A stretch of 64,000 nt of DNA from contig DAOQAL010000001.1 of assembly GCA_035353995.1 (NCBI GenBank), positions 4,020 to 68,019 of the forward strand. The letters are read 5' to 3'. How positions within the stretch are numbered: position 1 is the stretch's first letter; each line of letters starts with the position of its first letter. The notes under the pieces were generated by a model. That model did no database searches. It saw only the letters and a list, made by a program, of their open reading frames with translations, and was not told the origin of the DNA. A program made the translations under genes and the position numbers. Shown piece by piece: positions 38,997 to 49,392 of this stretch. The stretch is from Minisyncoccota bacterium. GTDB taxonomy: Bacteria; Patescibacteriota; Minisyncoccia; Phycocordibacterales; UBA9973.

Positions 38997-41900
38997 TTAT
39001 CTTTCAATATATTTTTGAATCTTTTTACAAGCTTTACAATCAGGTCCTCCACAATCTATTCCTGTTTCTTCACCATCTTGTATACCATTGGAACAAGAAG
39101 AAGATCCTGAACTTGAACAAGAAACTGTAGCACCACCATTTATACCTTCACAGTCCCATGTTAATTTAGTTTCATCTTGATTAGTACTATAACCAGCCAA
39201 ACAACTGAACAATTCTGTTCCACAAACACCGTCAACTTTTTCTCCTTCCTTTACAACATTAACAGAGATAGAAGAAGTTGAATTTGCAAAATTTGTTTTT
39301 TCACAAGTAATTTTAAAAGTATGAGTTCCAAGAGTTAAACCTGAAATACTTTCAGTGTGAGTACCATCGCTAGCTGATTTTGATCCAGACCATTCACCTG
39401 AAGCTGTACATCTATCAGGAGAACCAGAAACAACCCAAATTAGTTTAGTTGTATTTGTAGGAAGAACCATTGTCATAGGTTCAGCAGAAAGATTTACACT
39501 CATTGATGTTTGAGATCCGTCTCCAACAGTTATCGTAGCAAGATGTCCACAGTTATTATTTTCATTTGATTCAACAATGTCACCATTTGTATCACTGCTA
39601 TTGCTCTTATCAGCACAAATACGAGCATAGTATTTACCAGCTGTAGTAAATGTATGAGATTTTGTCATTACATTACTCTGTCCAGAACCAAGTGCATTCA
39701 TCCACGTTGCAGGAGTTACATCAGTAAATGTTGTTCCATCTGTTGAAAATTGAATAAAATTATAAAAACCTTGACCTGTAGAGACAGAACCTATATTAGA
39801 TATTGTTGATGAAAAACTTGTATTTACGCCAACGTCAACAGAAGTTGGTGTAACGCTACTTGCAGTTAAATCAGGCAGTTGCGAATTATTACTTATTACT
39901 ATTGTTGTCCAATGTCCACAGTTATTATTTTCATTTGATTCGTCTATTGTACCTGTATTTGCTGGTCCTGTTTTATCAGCACATGCTCGGAAATAATATG
40001 TTCCCGTTGAACCAAAAGTATAATTTGCATTAGTTATATTACTTGCCTGAGAATCTAGTTCAGGCATAAGTGTTGCTGGTAAATTTTCTATAGGTGTATT
40101 GTCTGCATAAGCTTTTGGTAATAAATTAGTTAATATGTTATTTTTTTGTATTGAAGCAGAAGCATTTGTTGAAATTTGGAAGAAATTATAGAAACTTGCT
40201 CCAGTAGAAGCAGATCCAATATTTTTTACAGTTGAAGAAAGTTTTACTGATACATTTGGCTGAGCTGAAGTAGGTGTGCCATAAGTATTTATAGTAAGAT
40301 CTGGTTTTGAAACTGATGATGTCGCTGTAATCGTTGTCCAAGGTCCACAGTTATTATTTTCATTTGATTCACTAACTACACCTGCATTTGCTGGCTCTGT
40401 TTTATCGGCACATGCTCTGAAATAATATGTACCTTCTGGAGAGAAAGTATATTTCGCAATTGTATTACTACTCTGACCAGCTAATAAGGCATTCATTTTA
40501 GTTGATGGTAAGTTTATATATTCTCCAACAGTACCACCACCTTCTTCAGCAAAAACTTTAGTAAAGATAGAACCAATTAAACTTTTTTTATGATTAAATG
40601 TTGATTGTTTTTGTTCAGGATCTGTTAAAGATATTTGAAAGAAATTAGAAAATTGTGAGCCAGTAGGTCCTGTTTCTTTATTTCCTATATTTTTTACTTT
40701 ACAAACTAATGTTGTCTCTTGACCTGCTTCTGCAGAGACAGGAGTACAAGAAGTATTTATAGTAAGATCTGGTTTTGAAATAATATCTATATAAGTACTA
40801 TCGTCTGCTGTACTTTGAGCACTATGACATAAAACACTATAAGTAGTTGCTGATGTTATTTGATCTGTAAAAGTACAATTTTGTCTTGGATATGTACATG
40901 AGGTAGTGTAGTTTACTGGTAAAGGACTAGAAGGACTTACTAAATCACAATAAGTTGCATTAGTAGAAGACCAGTGCACAGTAAATTGTTGATTTGGTGG
41001 AATACTACTAATAGCAACACCATTTGTATCATAAGTTCCAATATCAACTGTTGGACCTGATATTGTTACAAGAGCACTTCCTGTGGCTGTTGCACTTGGT
41101 ACATTTGTACCAGAATCGTAAGAACAACCAGAATGATTAGAACATTCTGTAAAATTAAATCCTGAGCAAGAATTTGTCACTGCATCAACCCAAGAACAAT
41201 GGTGATATCCACCATAAGTTCCATAACATTGTTCTTCTGTATTTGTTGAAGAATTACACTGTCCGTAGTCTGCCTCTTGTGGAACACGATATCGATTACA
41301 ATAACCAGGAGTTGCTACATAAGATCCAGAACAACCAGGCGAAGTTACTTGTTGATTACGTGTACAAGAAACACTATAAGAAGTTGAAGTTGCTGGAGTA
41401 ACAACAAAAGAACCTGTCTTGCCAGTTCCATGACCACCAGAATCACAAACATCTGCACCAGTAGATGTCCAGCTAATAGTTGATGATTCTTTAGGATCAA
41501 TTGTTGATGGAGTTGCTATAACAGTAACTGTTGGTGAAGCAATAACATTAACAATAACTGCACTTGATACGGACCCTCCTTCATTTAAACATGACAAAGT
41601 ATAAGTATAAGCTCCAGCAGTATTAATCACACCAGTAGAAACACCAGAATTTGAAGTACCACTGCCACTTATGCCATTACCAGATAAATTACAAGAAGTT
41701 GCACCAGTAGATGTCCAGCTAATAGTTGATGAGTTACCAGCACCGATTGTTGATGGAGTTGCAGCTATATTAATAGTTGGCGCATTAACAACTATATATG
41801 AAATAGTATCAGATCCATATAAACCAAATGCCATTAAATTAAAAATAGCATCATAAACTCCAGCTATGCTTGGAGTTGCTCCTACATATACACCATCAAG

Positions 41901-42206
41901 ATAATCTACAGTTGGGCTAAAAGCACCAGAAAATATTGTATGTTCTGTTTCTGTTGTAACCTTTGAAGAAGCAGAAGAAGAAGCTGGTGTACCAGTAGAA
42001 GACATATCACTAAAAAATGTTATTGGTACGCCTGGGAAGAAAATTGTTTGGAAAAGCTCTACAGTACCAGATGCACAAGCACCACTTTTGGGATTACATC
42101 CTAAATCAACGGTATCTGCATTGGTAAAATTAACCAAACAAAAACTACTAAATAAAAATATAAAAACAAAAACTAATAAAAAATTAAAAACTTTATGTAA
42201 TTTCAT
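38997..42206 (-). CDS. Large secreted repeat surface protein (Ig-like and three CARDB-like repeats, Cys-rich modules)
   Basis: Signal peptide; ISWTSTGA repeats; PDLT...VKNIG...Y.RACADK...ESNENNNCG x3; C-terminal C.NGIQDG.ETGIDCGG.C. Confidence 0.85.
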   Translation of the reverse strand: MKLHKVFNFLLVFVFIFLFSSFCLVNFTNADTVDLGCNPKSGACASGTVELFQTIFFPGVPITFFSDMSSTGTPASSSASSKVTTETEHTIFSGAFSPTVDYLDGVYVGATPSIAGVYDAIFNLMAFGLYGSDTISYIVVNAPTINIAATPSTIGAGNSSTISWTSTGATSCNLSGNGISGSGTSNSGVSTGVINTAGAYTYTLSCLNEGGSVSSAVIVNVIASPTVTVIATPSTIDPKESSTISWTSTGADVCDSGGHGTGKTGSFVVTPATSTSYSVSCTRNQQVTSPGCSGSYVATPGYCNRYRVPQEADYGQCNSSTNTEEQCYGTYGGYHHCSWVDAVTNSCSGFNFTECSNHSGCSYDSGTNVPSATATGSALVTISGPTVDIGTYDTNGVAISSIPPNQQFTVHWSSTNATYCDLVSPSSPLPVNYTTSCTYPRQNCTFTDQITSATTYSVLCHSAQSTADDSTYIDIISKPDLTINTSCTPVSAEAGQETTLVCKVKNIGNKETGPTGSQFSNFFQISLTDPEQKQSTFNHKKSLIGSIFTKVFAEEGGGTVGEYINLPSTKMNALLAGQSSNTIAKYTFSPEGTYYFRACADKTEPANAGVVSESNENNNCGPWTTITATSSVSKPDLTINTYGTPTSAQPNVSVKLSSTVKNIGSASTGASFYNFFQISTNASASIQKNNILTNLLPKAYADNTPIENLPATLMPELDSQASNITNANYTFGSTGTYYFRACADKTGPANTGTIDESNENNNCGHWTTIVISNNSQLPDLTASSVTPTSVDVGVNTSFSSTISNIGSVSTGQGFYNFIQFSTDGTTFTDVTPATWMNALGSGQSNVMTKSHTFTTAGKYYARICADKSNSSDTNGDIVESNENNNCGHLATITVGDGSQTSMSVNLSAEPMTMVLPTNTTKLIWVVSGSPDRCTASGEWSGSKSASDGTHTESISGLTLGTHTFKITCEKTNFANSTSSISVNVVKEGEKVDGVCGTELFSCLAGYSTNQDETKLTWDCEGINGGATVSCSSSGSSSCSNGIQDGEETGIDCGGPDCKACKKIQKYIER

Positions 42207-42372
42207 ATAAAAATTGTTAATAATATTAAAATAAACTTTGCATTTTAATAATAACATATTTTAAACAACCTATTATATAAATGTTAATAACTAAACAAAA
42301 AAAAGGGGCATGGACAAAATCCAACCCCGATTTTTTATATAGTCTCCATATCTCAAAACAACGAGAATAGAG

Positions 42373-43368
42373 TCAGTTCAAATTTTCAAAAGTCCACCTT
42401 GATATGGGAGGGTTACCACCTCCTTCAGCAGATAAAACCATACCTTCTGCTGAAATTGAGACCAATTTAGTAAACCAGCCACCCCAATTTAGGTATGTTT
42501 CACATAAAATTTCTTCCCAATGCCAACGTCCATTTCCGGCAAGCGTCCCATCGGAAATGTGGAAAGCTACATATGATCCATCAGAATAAAAGTATGTTAC
42601 TTCATCAGCTAAATTTGATGGTAATGCAATTGTATCAAGAGAATTCCAATCATAACCACACTCCCACACGACTGCGTGTTTTCCACCATGTGTAAGATGA
42701 TAGTCCTTATCAATAACAATTACATTAATCGTTAAAACTGGCGGAGTGTAAGAGCCAATTTCGTTGGTAAATGTGATCTCGTAGGTTGTTGTCTCTGATA
42801 GTACAACAGTCATTGAATCGTTAGTTTGGACTGTAGTGTCTTTACCATTGATTTTCAAAATAGCTGAAGTAGCATTCTCCGATGACCAACAAATTGTTGT
42901 ACTGTCGCCAGGATTCCGTTCTGTTGAAGGTTTTGCAATGATAGAGCCTATTGGTTCTTCTATAACGTATACTACTTTAACGGTAGCATTTCTTACCTCA
43001 ACTTTACCCCCTTTTATTAATGTAATAGAAAAAATAGTATCGGAGGTGATAGGGCCAGAGTAAAAAAGTTCGTTTTCATCAATAGATGTGGTATCAGATC
43101 CTGCAGATACTAAAATTTGTTCTGCATTGGATATGACTTTAATAGTTATAGGGTTACCTTCAAAGACGGAAACTGTTATTGTTGTTTCCCCTTTGGGAAA
43201 AAGGACATTGTTAACGGAAATTGCCGTCACGGAAAGAGTTTCCTCCACAATCGGAGGATCAATTGAATCTTTCTCGCATCCTGAAAAAAACAGGATGCAA
43301 AGGGCAAGAAACGGACTCAGGTAACGCCTGAGCGTTTCTTTCCTAAGTTCATTCTTTCTTGCTTTCAT
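42373..43368 (-). CDS. Orphan lipoprotein-like protein with Ig-like repeats and lipocalin-like tail
   Basis: Lipobox-like LFFSG|CEKD; GC-richer than neighbours. Confidence 0.75.
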   Translation of the reverse strand: MKARKNELRKETLRRYLSPFLALCILFFSGCEKDSIDPPIVEETLSVTAISVNNVLFPKGETTITVSVFEGNPITIKVISNAEQILVSAGSDTTSIDENELFYSGPITSDTIFSITLIKGGKVEVRNATVKVVYVIEEPIGSIIAKPSTERNPGDSTTICWSSENATSAILKINGKDTTVQTNDSMTVVLSETTTYEITFTNEIGSYTPPVLTINVIVIDKDYHLTHGGKHAVVWECGYDWNSLDTIALPSNLADEVTYFYSDGSYVAFHISDGTLAGNGRWHWEEILCETYLNWGGWFTKLVSISAEGMVLSAEGGGNPPISRWTFENLN

Positions 43369-43519
43369 GTGAGACTTTATTTTGTTTTGTGATTTTCAAG
43401 GGTTTAAAAGTATTCTATATATTTTAAATATTGCTTTAAAATAGCGAAATAAAACACTTTTTAACTTGACAATTCATTCAAGATATATTCTACCATTATT
43501 ATTGAACCTGTCAAATTGG

Positions 43520-43537
43520 TTATCCACTTTATCCACA
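43520..43537 (+). promoter_or_regulatory. Two tandem DnaA boxes
   Basis: TTATCCACT followed by TTATCCACA (consensus TTATNCACA). Confidence 0.6.
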
Positions 43538-43612
43538 GGTGCAAAAATATTAAAAAATTGATATTTTTTGCTATTGCTTTTTAAAAAATTAAATGGTACA
43601 TTAAAGTCATAT

Positions 43613-43638
43613 GAGTCCTGTCGCAACAGGGCTTTTTT
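43613..43638 (+). promoter_or_regulatory. Terminator-like attenuator hairpin in the nusA leader
   Basis: agtcctgt-cgca-acagggct-TTTTT between the promoter (-10 TACATT) and the nusA start. Confidence 0.65.
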
Positions 43639-43661
43639 ACAAAAAATTTAATAAAAATACA

Positions 43662-44885
43662 ATGTTGGACATAAAAACATTTAAGTCGGCCCTAGAACAA
43701 CTAGAAGAAGAAAGAAAAATTCCAAAAGAGAAAATTTTGGATGCTATTGAACAAGCTATGGCTGCTGCTTATAAAAAAGATTATGGTAAAAAGGGACAAA
43801 TTATTCGTGCTAAGTTTGATCTAGAAACTGGGAAAACAGATTTTTTCCAGATAAAAATCGTTGTTGATGAATCTATAGTAAAGATAGAGGAAGAAGGAGA
43901 TGAAGAAAAAGAGTATTCTATAAAAGATGAAAATGACGAACGTGTGCATTTCAATCCAGAGCATCACATCATGATAGAAGATGCAAAAAAAATAAAAAAA
44001 GATGTACAGCTTAATGATGAAGTGGTATTTCCACTTGAATCAAAAGACGATTATGGTCGTATTGCAGCACAAACAGCAAAACAAGTAATTGTACAAAGAA
44101 TACGAGAAGCAGAACGCACTTCTATTATTGATGAATATGGTACAAAAGAAGGAGAAATAATCGGTGGTATTGTACAAAAGATAGAAAGAGGAAATGTATA
44201 TATCGATTTCAATCGTGCTACAGGAGTTTTACCAGCAGAAGAACAAATCCCTGGAGAATATTTACAAAGAGGACAAAGAATACGAGCTTATTTATATTCT
44301 GTAGAAGATACACCAAGAGGAATCAACTTAAGACTTTCACGTACTCATCCAAAATTTATAGAAAAACTTTTCTCTGTTGAAGCTCCAGAAATTCAAACTG
44401 GAGTTGTAGAAATAAAATCAATAGCTAGAGAAGCTGGAGCAAGATCAAAAATCGCTGTTCATTCAAACGATGAACATATTGATCCTGTAGGATCTTGTGT
44501 TGGACAAAAAGGAACAAGAGTAAACACAATTACTGGAGAATTAGGTGGAGAAAAAATTGATATTATTCCATGGTCAGAAGATCCAAAAGTTTTTGTTTCT
44601 AATTCCCTATCACCTGCAAAAGTTTTGTCTATAGAAGTTGATGAAAAAGAACACAAAGCAGTAGTAGAAGTTTCTGATGATCAATTGTCTCTTGCAATAG
44701 GAAAAGGAGGACAAAATGTTCGTCTTGCAGCAAAACTTACAGGTTGGAGAATAGACATAAAAGGTAATGGAGGAGTTGAAGTTGCTTCAACAGATGGAGA
44801 TAAAGTTGAATTAAATGAAAATGAAGGAGGAGAAGAAGTAAAAGAAGAAAAAGAAAAAAAATCAAAAACAAAAAAGTCAAAATAG
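43662..44885 (+). CDS. nusA: Transcription termination/antitermination factor NusA
   Basis: GRIAAQTAKQ, S1 and KH domains, AREAG.RSK, DPVGSCVG, AIGKGGQNVRLA. Confidence 0.98.
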   Translation: MLDIKTFKSALEQLEEERKIPKEKILDAIEQAMAAAYKKDYGKKGQIIRAKFDLETGKTDFFQIKIVVDESIVKIEEEGDEEKEYSIKDENDERVHFNPEHHIMIEDAKKIKKDVQLNDEVVFPLESKDDYGRIAAQTAKQVIVQRIREAERTSIIDEYGTKEGEIIGGIVQKIERGNVYIDFNRATGVLPAEEQIPGEYLQRGQRIRAYLYSVEDTPRGINLRLSRTHPKFIEKLFSVEAPEIQTGVVEIKSIAREAGARSKIAVHSNDEHIDPVGSCVGQKGTRVNTITGELGGEKIDIIPWSEDPKVFVSNSLSPAKVLSIEVDEKEHKAVVEVSDDQLSLAIGKGGQNVRLAAKLTGWRIDIKGNGGVEVASTDGDKVELNENEGGEEVKEEKEKKSKTKKSK

Positions 44886-44987
44886 TCCACTTAAGTTGGT
44901 AAATACAACTAAGCGGGATAAATTATTATTAGTAATTATTAATTTGCTTCGTCGTATATAAATAAAGACGTAGCCTAATAAAAAAAT

Positions 44988-46988
44988 ATGAATTCATATT
45001 TATTGTTTGCGATTATTAGTGCAGTTATTGCAATAGTCTATGGATTATTCCTTGCAAAAACAATCATAAAAAAAAGCGCGGGAAATGAGAAAATGCAATC
45101 AATAGCAAATGCTATTTCTGAAGGTGCAAAAGCTTATTTAAATAGGCAATACAAAACTATTGGTATTATTGCTGTTATTCTTTTCTTTGTTTTGTGGTTT
45201 GCTTTAGGAATAAATTCTGCTATCGGTTTTATTTTTGGAGCAATTCTTTCAGCTCTTGCTGGATATATAGGAATGAATGTTTCTGTTAGAGCAAATGTAA
45301 GAACAACAGAAGCTGCAAGGGGTGGTTTGAAAAATGCTCTTAGTCTTGCTTTTAAAGGAGGAACAGTAACAGGACTTTTAGTTGTCGGACTTGCACTTCT
45401 TGGAGTATCTGTACTTTATGGAGTACTTGGCGATGTAAAAGCATTAATTGGTCTTGGTTTTGGAGCATCTTTAATTTCAGTATTCGCAAGATTGGGTGGA
45501 GGAATTTTTACAAAAGCAGCAGATGTTGGTGCTGACCTTGTAGGAAAAATCGAAGCTGGAATTCCAGAAGATGATCCAAGAAATCCAGCAGTTATAGCAG
45601 ACAATGTTGGAGATAATGTTGGAGATTGTGCAGGAATGGCTGCTGATCTTTTTGAGACTTATGCAGTTACTTCTGTTGCAACTATGCTTTTAGGTTCATT
45701 ATTGTTTGCTGGTTTTGATAACGCAATTTTCTATCCTCTTGCATTGGGAGGAGTTGCAATTATATGTTCAATTATCGGAACTTGGTTTGTAAAACTTGGA
45801 AAGAAAAATAATATTATGGGTGCTCTTTATAAAGGACTAATTGCTGCTGGACTTTTAGCAGCTGCAGCTTTTTATCCTATAACAAAACTTTTAATGGCTG
45901 ATAATCCTGGAGGATATTCTGTTTCTGATTTATTTATTTGTTCAATTACAGGTTTATTAGTAACTGGAGCTATCGTAATAATTACAGAATATTACACATC
46001 TACAAAATACTCACCTGTAAAATCTATCGCCAAGGCTTCAGTTTCCGGACATGGAACAAATGTAATTCAAGGATTGGCAATTTCAATGAAAGCTACAGCA
46101 CTACCACTTATTACTATTGTTCTAGGAATCTTAGTTACTTATTATTTTGGAGGATTATACGGTATAGCAGTAGCTGCAATGGCAATGCTTTCTATGACAG
46201 GTATTATAGTTGCTATTGATGCTTATGGACCAATCACAGACAATGCTGGTGGTATTGCAGAAATGGCAGAACTTCCAAAAGAAGTTAGAGATGTTACAGA
46301 TCCATTAGATGCTGTTGGAAATACAACAAAAGCAGTTACAAAAGGTTATGCAATAGGTTCTGCTGGACTTGCAGCGCTTGTTCTTTTTTCTACTTATACA
46401 GAAGAGATACAAGCAATAACAGGCGAAGCACTTAAATTTGATTTGAGTAATCCAAAAGTAATTATTGGATTATTTATTGGAGGACTTTTGCCATATTATT
46501 TCGGAGCACTTTGTATGGAAGCAGTAGGAAAGACAGCTGGAAAAGTTGTTGAAGAAGTTCGAAGACAATTTAAGGAAATAAAAGGAATAATGGATGGATC
46601 TGGAAAACCAGAGTATGGAAAGTGTGTTGACATAGTCACAGGAAGTGCAATCAAACAAATGATTATACCTGCTCTTATACCAGTATTGGCTCCTATATTG
46701 GTTGGATTTTTACTTGGACCAGTAGCATTGGGTGGTTTACTTGTAGGATCAATAATAACAGGACTCTTTGTCGCTATTTCCATGACATCAGGAGGAGGCG
46801 CTTGGGATAATGCAAAAAAATATATTGAATCTGGAAATTATGGAGGCAAAGGTGGAGATGCTCATAAAGCAGCAGTAACAGGAGATACAGTCGGTGATCC
46901 TTACAAAGACACAGCTGGTCCAGCTATTAACCCTATGATTAAGATTCTAAACATTGTTGCTTTGCTGATAGTTGCATTCTTAATCTAA
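44988..46988 (+). CDS. hppA: Membrane H+-translocating pyrophosphatase (K+-independent signature)
   Basis: [41 protein letters not shown]. Confidence 0.96.
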   Translation: MNSYLLFAIISAVIAIVYGLFLAKTIIKKSAGNEKMQSIANAISEGAKAYLNRQYKTIGIIAVILFFVLWFALGINSAIGFIFGAILSALAGYIGMNVSVRANVRTTEAARGGLKNALSLAFKGGTVTGLLVVGLALLGVSVLYGVLGDVKALIGLGFGASLISVFARLGGGIFTKAADVGADLVGKIEAGIPEDDPRNPAVIADNVGDNVGDCAGMAADLFETYAVTSVATMLLGSLLFAGFDNAIFYPLALGGVAIICSIIGTWFVKLGKKNNIMGALYKGLIAAGLLAAAAFYPITKLLMADNPGGYSVSDLFICSITGLLVTGAIVIITEYYTSTKYSPVKSIAKASVSGHGTNVIQGLAISMKATALPLITIVLGILVTYYFGGLYGIAVAAMAMLSMTGIIVAIDAYGPITDNAGGIAEMAELPKEVRDVTDPLDAVGNTTKAVTKGYAIGSAGLAALVLFSTYTEEIQAITGEALKFDLSNPKVIIGLFIGGLLPYYFGALCMEAVGKTAGKVVEEVRRQFKEIKGIMDGSGKPEYGKCVDIVTGSAIKQMIIPALIPVLAPILVGFLLGPVALGGLLVGSIITGLFVAISMTSGGGAWDNAKKYIESGNYGGKGGDAHKAAVTGDTVGDPYKDTAGPAINPMIKILNIVALLIVAFLI

Positions 46989-47003
46989 TAATTAATTAGA
47001 CCA

Positions 47004-47034
47004 AATAAAAACCCCGCAAAACGGGGTTTTTATT
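47004..47034 (+). terminator. Intrinsic terminator after hppA
   Basis: aaaaaccccg-caaaa-cggggttttt. Confidence 0.85.
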
Positions 47035-47140
47035 TTTATATTTTTATGTAATAAAATATATGTCACAAACGTCATAAAAGATGTATAATAAAATATTGCA
47101 AAAGGTCAATTATCAATTTAATAATTATTATTAGTAATTT

Positions 47141-47863
47141 ATGAAAAAATATTTAAGTACACTTTTCGTTATTGCTCTAACATTTTCTATTTCAACATCA
47201 TTTGCTCAAGCAGAAAATGGTAATTCTTCTAATTCAGAAGAAAAAGGAGGAATAAAAAGTGAAATAAAAGATATAAAAGCTAGTTTGCAACAAGAAAAAG
47301 AAAATGTAAAAGATACGATACAGGCACAAAAGGAAGAAATGAAAACAGAAATCGAGAGAATAAGAACTGAAGCAAAACAAAAAATGGATGCCTTAAAAGC
47401 AAAAGTCCAAATAGAAACAGACAAAGTAAAAGTGAAGTTAGCAGAAACAAGAATTACAGGCAGAGAGCAAGCATTGGAACGATTTGATCAAGCAATTGAA
47501 AGAATAAATAGCTTAAAAGACAGAACTAACGAAAAAATTATAAAGCTTGAAGTAGCTGGCTTTGATGTACAGACTGCAAAAGATAGTGTATCGATAGCTG
47601 AAGAAAAAGTATTAGAAGCTAAATCAAAAGTTGCAGAAGCAAGTACAATACTTTCAGGTTCAACTAATCAATTAACAAAAGAACAAAAAACTAAATTAGT
47701 TGAGTTAACACAAGAAACACAAAATCTTATAAAAGAGGCTCATTCTGCATTAAATGACGCTGTAAAATACATGAAAACATTAGTGGAAGAAAAAATAAAA
47801 TCTGAAGCTAATACAAATAACGAAAACGAAGAAGAAACTGGGAATAATCAAGAAGTTCAATAA
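47141..47863 (+). CDS. Secreted coiled-coil protein
   Basis: Signal peptide ending SFA/AQA, then a K/E-rich helical region. Confidence 0.8.
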   Translation: MKKYLSTLFVIALTFSISTSFAQAENGNSSNSEEKGGIKSEIKDIKASLQQEKENVKDTIQAQKEEMKTEIERIRTEAKQKMDALKAKVQIETDKVKVKLAETRITGREQALERFDQAIERINSLKDRTNEKIIKLEVAGFDVQTAKDSVSIAEEKVLEAKSKVAEASTILSGSTNQLTKEQKTKLVELTQETQNLIKEAHSALNDAVKYMKTLVEEKIKSEANTNNENEEETGNNQEVQ

Positions 47864-47881
47864 TTATTATTAACCCGACAA

Positions 47882-48145
47882 ATGTCGGAAAACAAAAAAA
47901 TTATGGAACCAGAAAAAAAATCACATGGAGCACTTATTGGCTCAATAATAATAATAGTCATTCTTATCATTGGTGGCATATATATATGGCAAAGTAAGGT
48001 AAAAGAAATACAGCTTGAAAAAGAAAAAGTAGAATTGCAATCAAAAGAGGCTGAACAAGCATATTTGAAAGAACTACAAGAGCTAGAAGAAGATGTAAAT
48101 TCAGCAAATACAAATGTAGATGTAGATGCTAATAAACTTGAATAA
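47882..48145 (+). CDS. Small single-TM protein
   Basis: GALIGSIIIIVILIIGGIYIW helix plus short coiled coil. Confidence 0.75.
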   Translation: MSENKKIMEPEKKSHGALIGSIIIIVILIIGGIYIWQSKVKEIQLEKEKVELQSKEAEQAYLKELQELEEDVNSANTNVDVDANKLE

Positions 48146-48150
48146 TAGTT

Positions 48151-48188
48151 CAAACAAAAAACCCCGATTGCTCGGGGTTTTTTGTTTT
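48151..48188 (+). terminator. Intrinsic terminator
   Basis: aaaaaaccccga-ttgc-tcggggtttttt. Confidence 0.85.
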
Positions 48189-48243
48189 TATGTAAAAAAA
48201 AATTATATTTGAAAATAAACTATTTTTAGTATAAGATTTAAAA

Positions 48244-49356
48244 ATGACAAAAATAAACATAAAAAAACTACCAAAAAGCGAAATAGAGATTGAAGGAGAA
48301 ATAGAAGCTAATGTTTTTGAGTCTTATTTTGAAAAGGCATTAAAGAAACTTGGCGAAACAGTAGAAATAGATGGTTTTAGAAAAGGAAAAGTTCCTGAGA
48401 ATGTTTTGCTTTCCAAAATTCCTGAAATTCAAGTTTTAGAAGAAATGGCGGAAATGGCCCTTTTTGAATATTATCCTAAGATGGTTGAAGAAGAAAAAAT
48501 AGAACCTATATCAAGACCAGAAATTTCAATAACAAAAATTGCACGTAAAAGTCCTTTAGGTTTTAAAATAAAAACTGCAGTGATGCCAGAGTTAAAACTT
48601 CCAGATTACAAAAAAACATCAAAAGATATTTTGTCTAAATTAACAGATAAAGAAAAAAGCACAGAGGTTACAGATAAGGAAGTTGAAGATACTATTTTGG
48701 ATATTAGAAAATCCAGAGCACCAAAAGTGCATATGGCAGATTTAAATAAAGATAAAGAGGAACATGTGCATGATGAAAACTGTAAACATGATGAAAAAGA
48801 AGAAGGAAAAGATGGAGAAAAAGAAAAAGAAATAGAATTACCAGAATTTAATAATGAATTTGTACAGGCACTTGGACCCTTCAAGGATACAGAAGATTTT
48901 AAAGCAAAGTTGAAAGAAAATATAAAACTTGAAAAGATAAATCAAATCAAAGAAAAAACAAGATTAAAAATCGTAGAAAAAATAATAGAAGAAACAGAAG
49001 TAGAAATGCCTGAAATTTTAATTGATGTTGAACTAGATAAAATTATATACAGAATGGAATCTGATATTACAAATATGGGTCTTAAATTTGAAGAATATTT
49101 GAAACATATAAATAAAACCATTGAAGATATAAGAAAAGAATTTAGAAAAGATGCAGAAAAAAAAGCAAAACTAGGCCTTGTATTAAATGAAATATCAAAA
49201 ATAGAAAAAATAACAGCTGATCCTGAACAAGTAGCAAATGAAGTTGCCATGATATTAGAGCATTACAAAGAGGCTGATCCAGAAAGAGCTCAAATGCATG
49301 CCGAAAATGTACTAACAAATGAAGCTGTATTTAAATTCCTAGAAGAACAAAAATAA
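48244..49356 (+). CDS. tig: Trigger factor lacking the FKBP PPIase domain
   Basis: GFRKGKVP ribosome-binding motif, helical C-domain, upstream of clpP; middle replaced by a charged His-rich linker. Confidence 0.92.
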   Translation: MTKINIKKLPKSEIEIEGEIEANVFESYFEKALKKLGETVEIDGFRKGKVPENVLLSKIPEIQVLEEMAEMALFEYYPKMVEEEKIEPISRPEISITKIARKSPLGFKIKTAVMPELKLPDYKKTSKDILSKLTDKEKSTEVTDKEVEDTILDIRKSRAPKVHMADLNKDKEEHVHDENCKHDEKEEGKDGEKEKEIELPEFNNEFVQALGPFKDTEDFKAKLKENIKLEKINQIKEKTRLKIVEKIIEETEVEMPEILIDVELDKIIYRMESDITNMGLKFEEYLKHINKTIEDIRKEFRKDAEKKAKLGLVLNEISKIEKITADPEQVANEVAMILEHYKEADPERAQMHAENVLTNEAVFKFLEEQK

Positions 49357-49392
49357 TTGTTTTTATTCAAAAACAAGTAGCAAAAAAGCCGT

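Noticed and set aside
39500-41760. Diversity-generating retroelement template/variable repeats
   Set aside because: The repeats are in-frame domain duplications, I saw no adenine-specific mismatch pattern, and no reverse transcriptase is present.
43380-43610. Replication origin
   Set aside because: Only two DnaA boxes are present, with no dnaA or dnaN nearby. The region is accounted for by divergent promoters.
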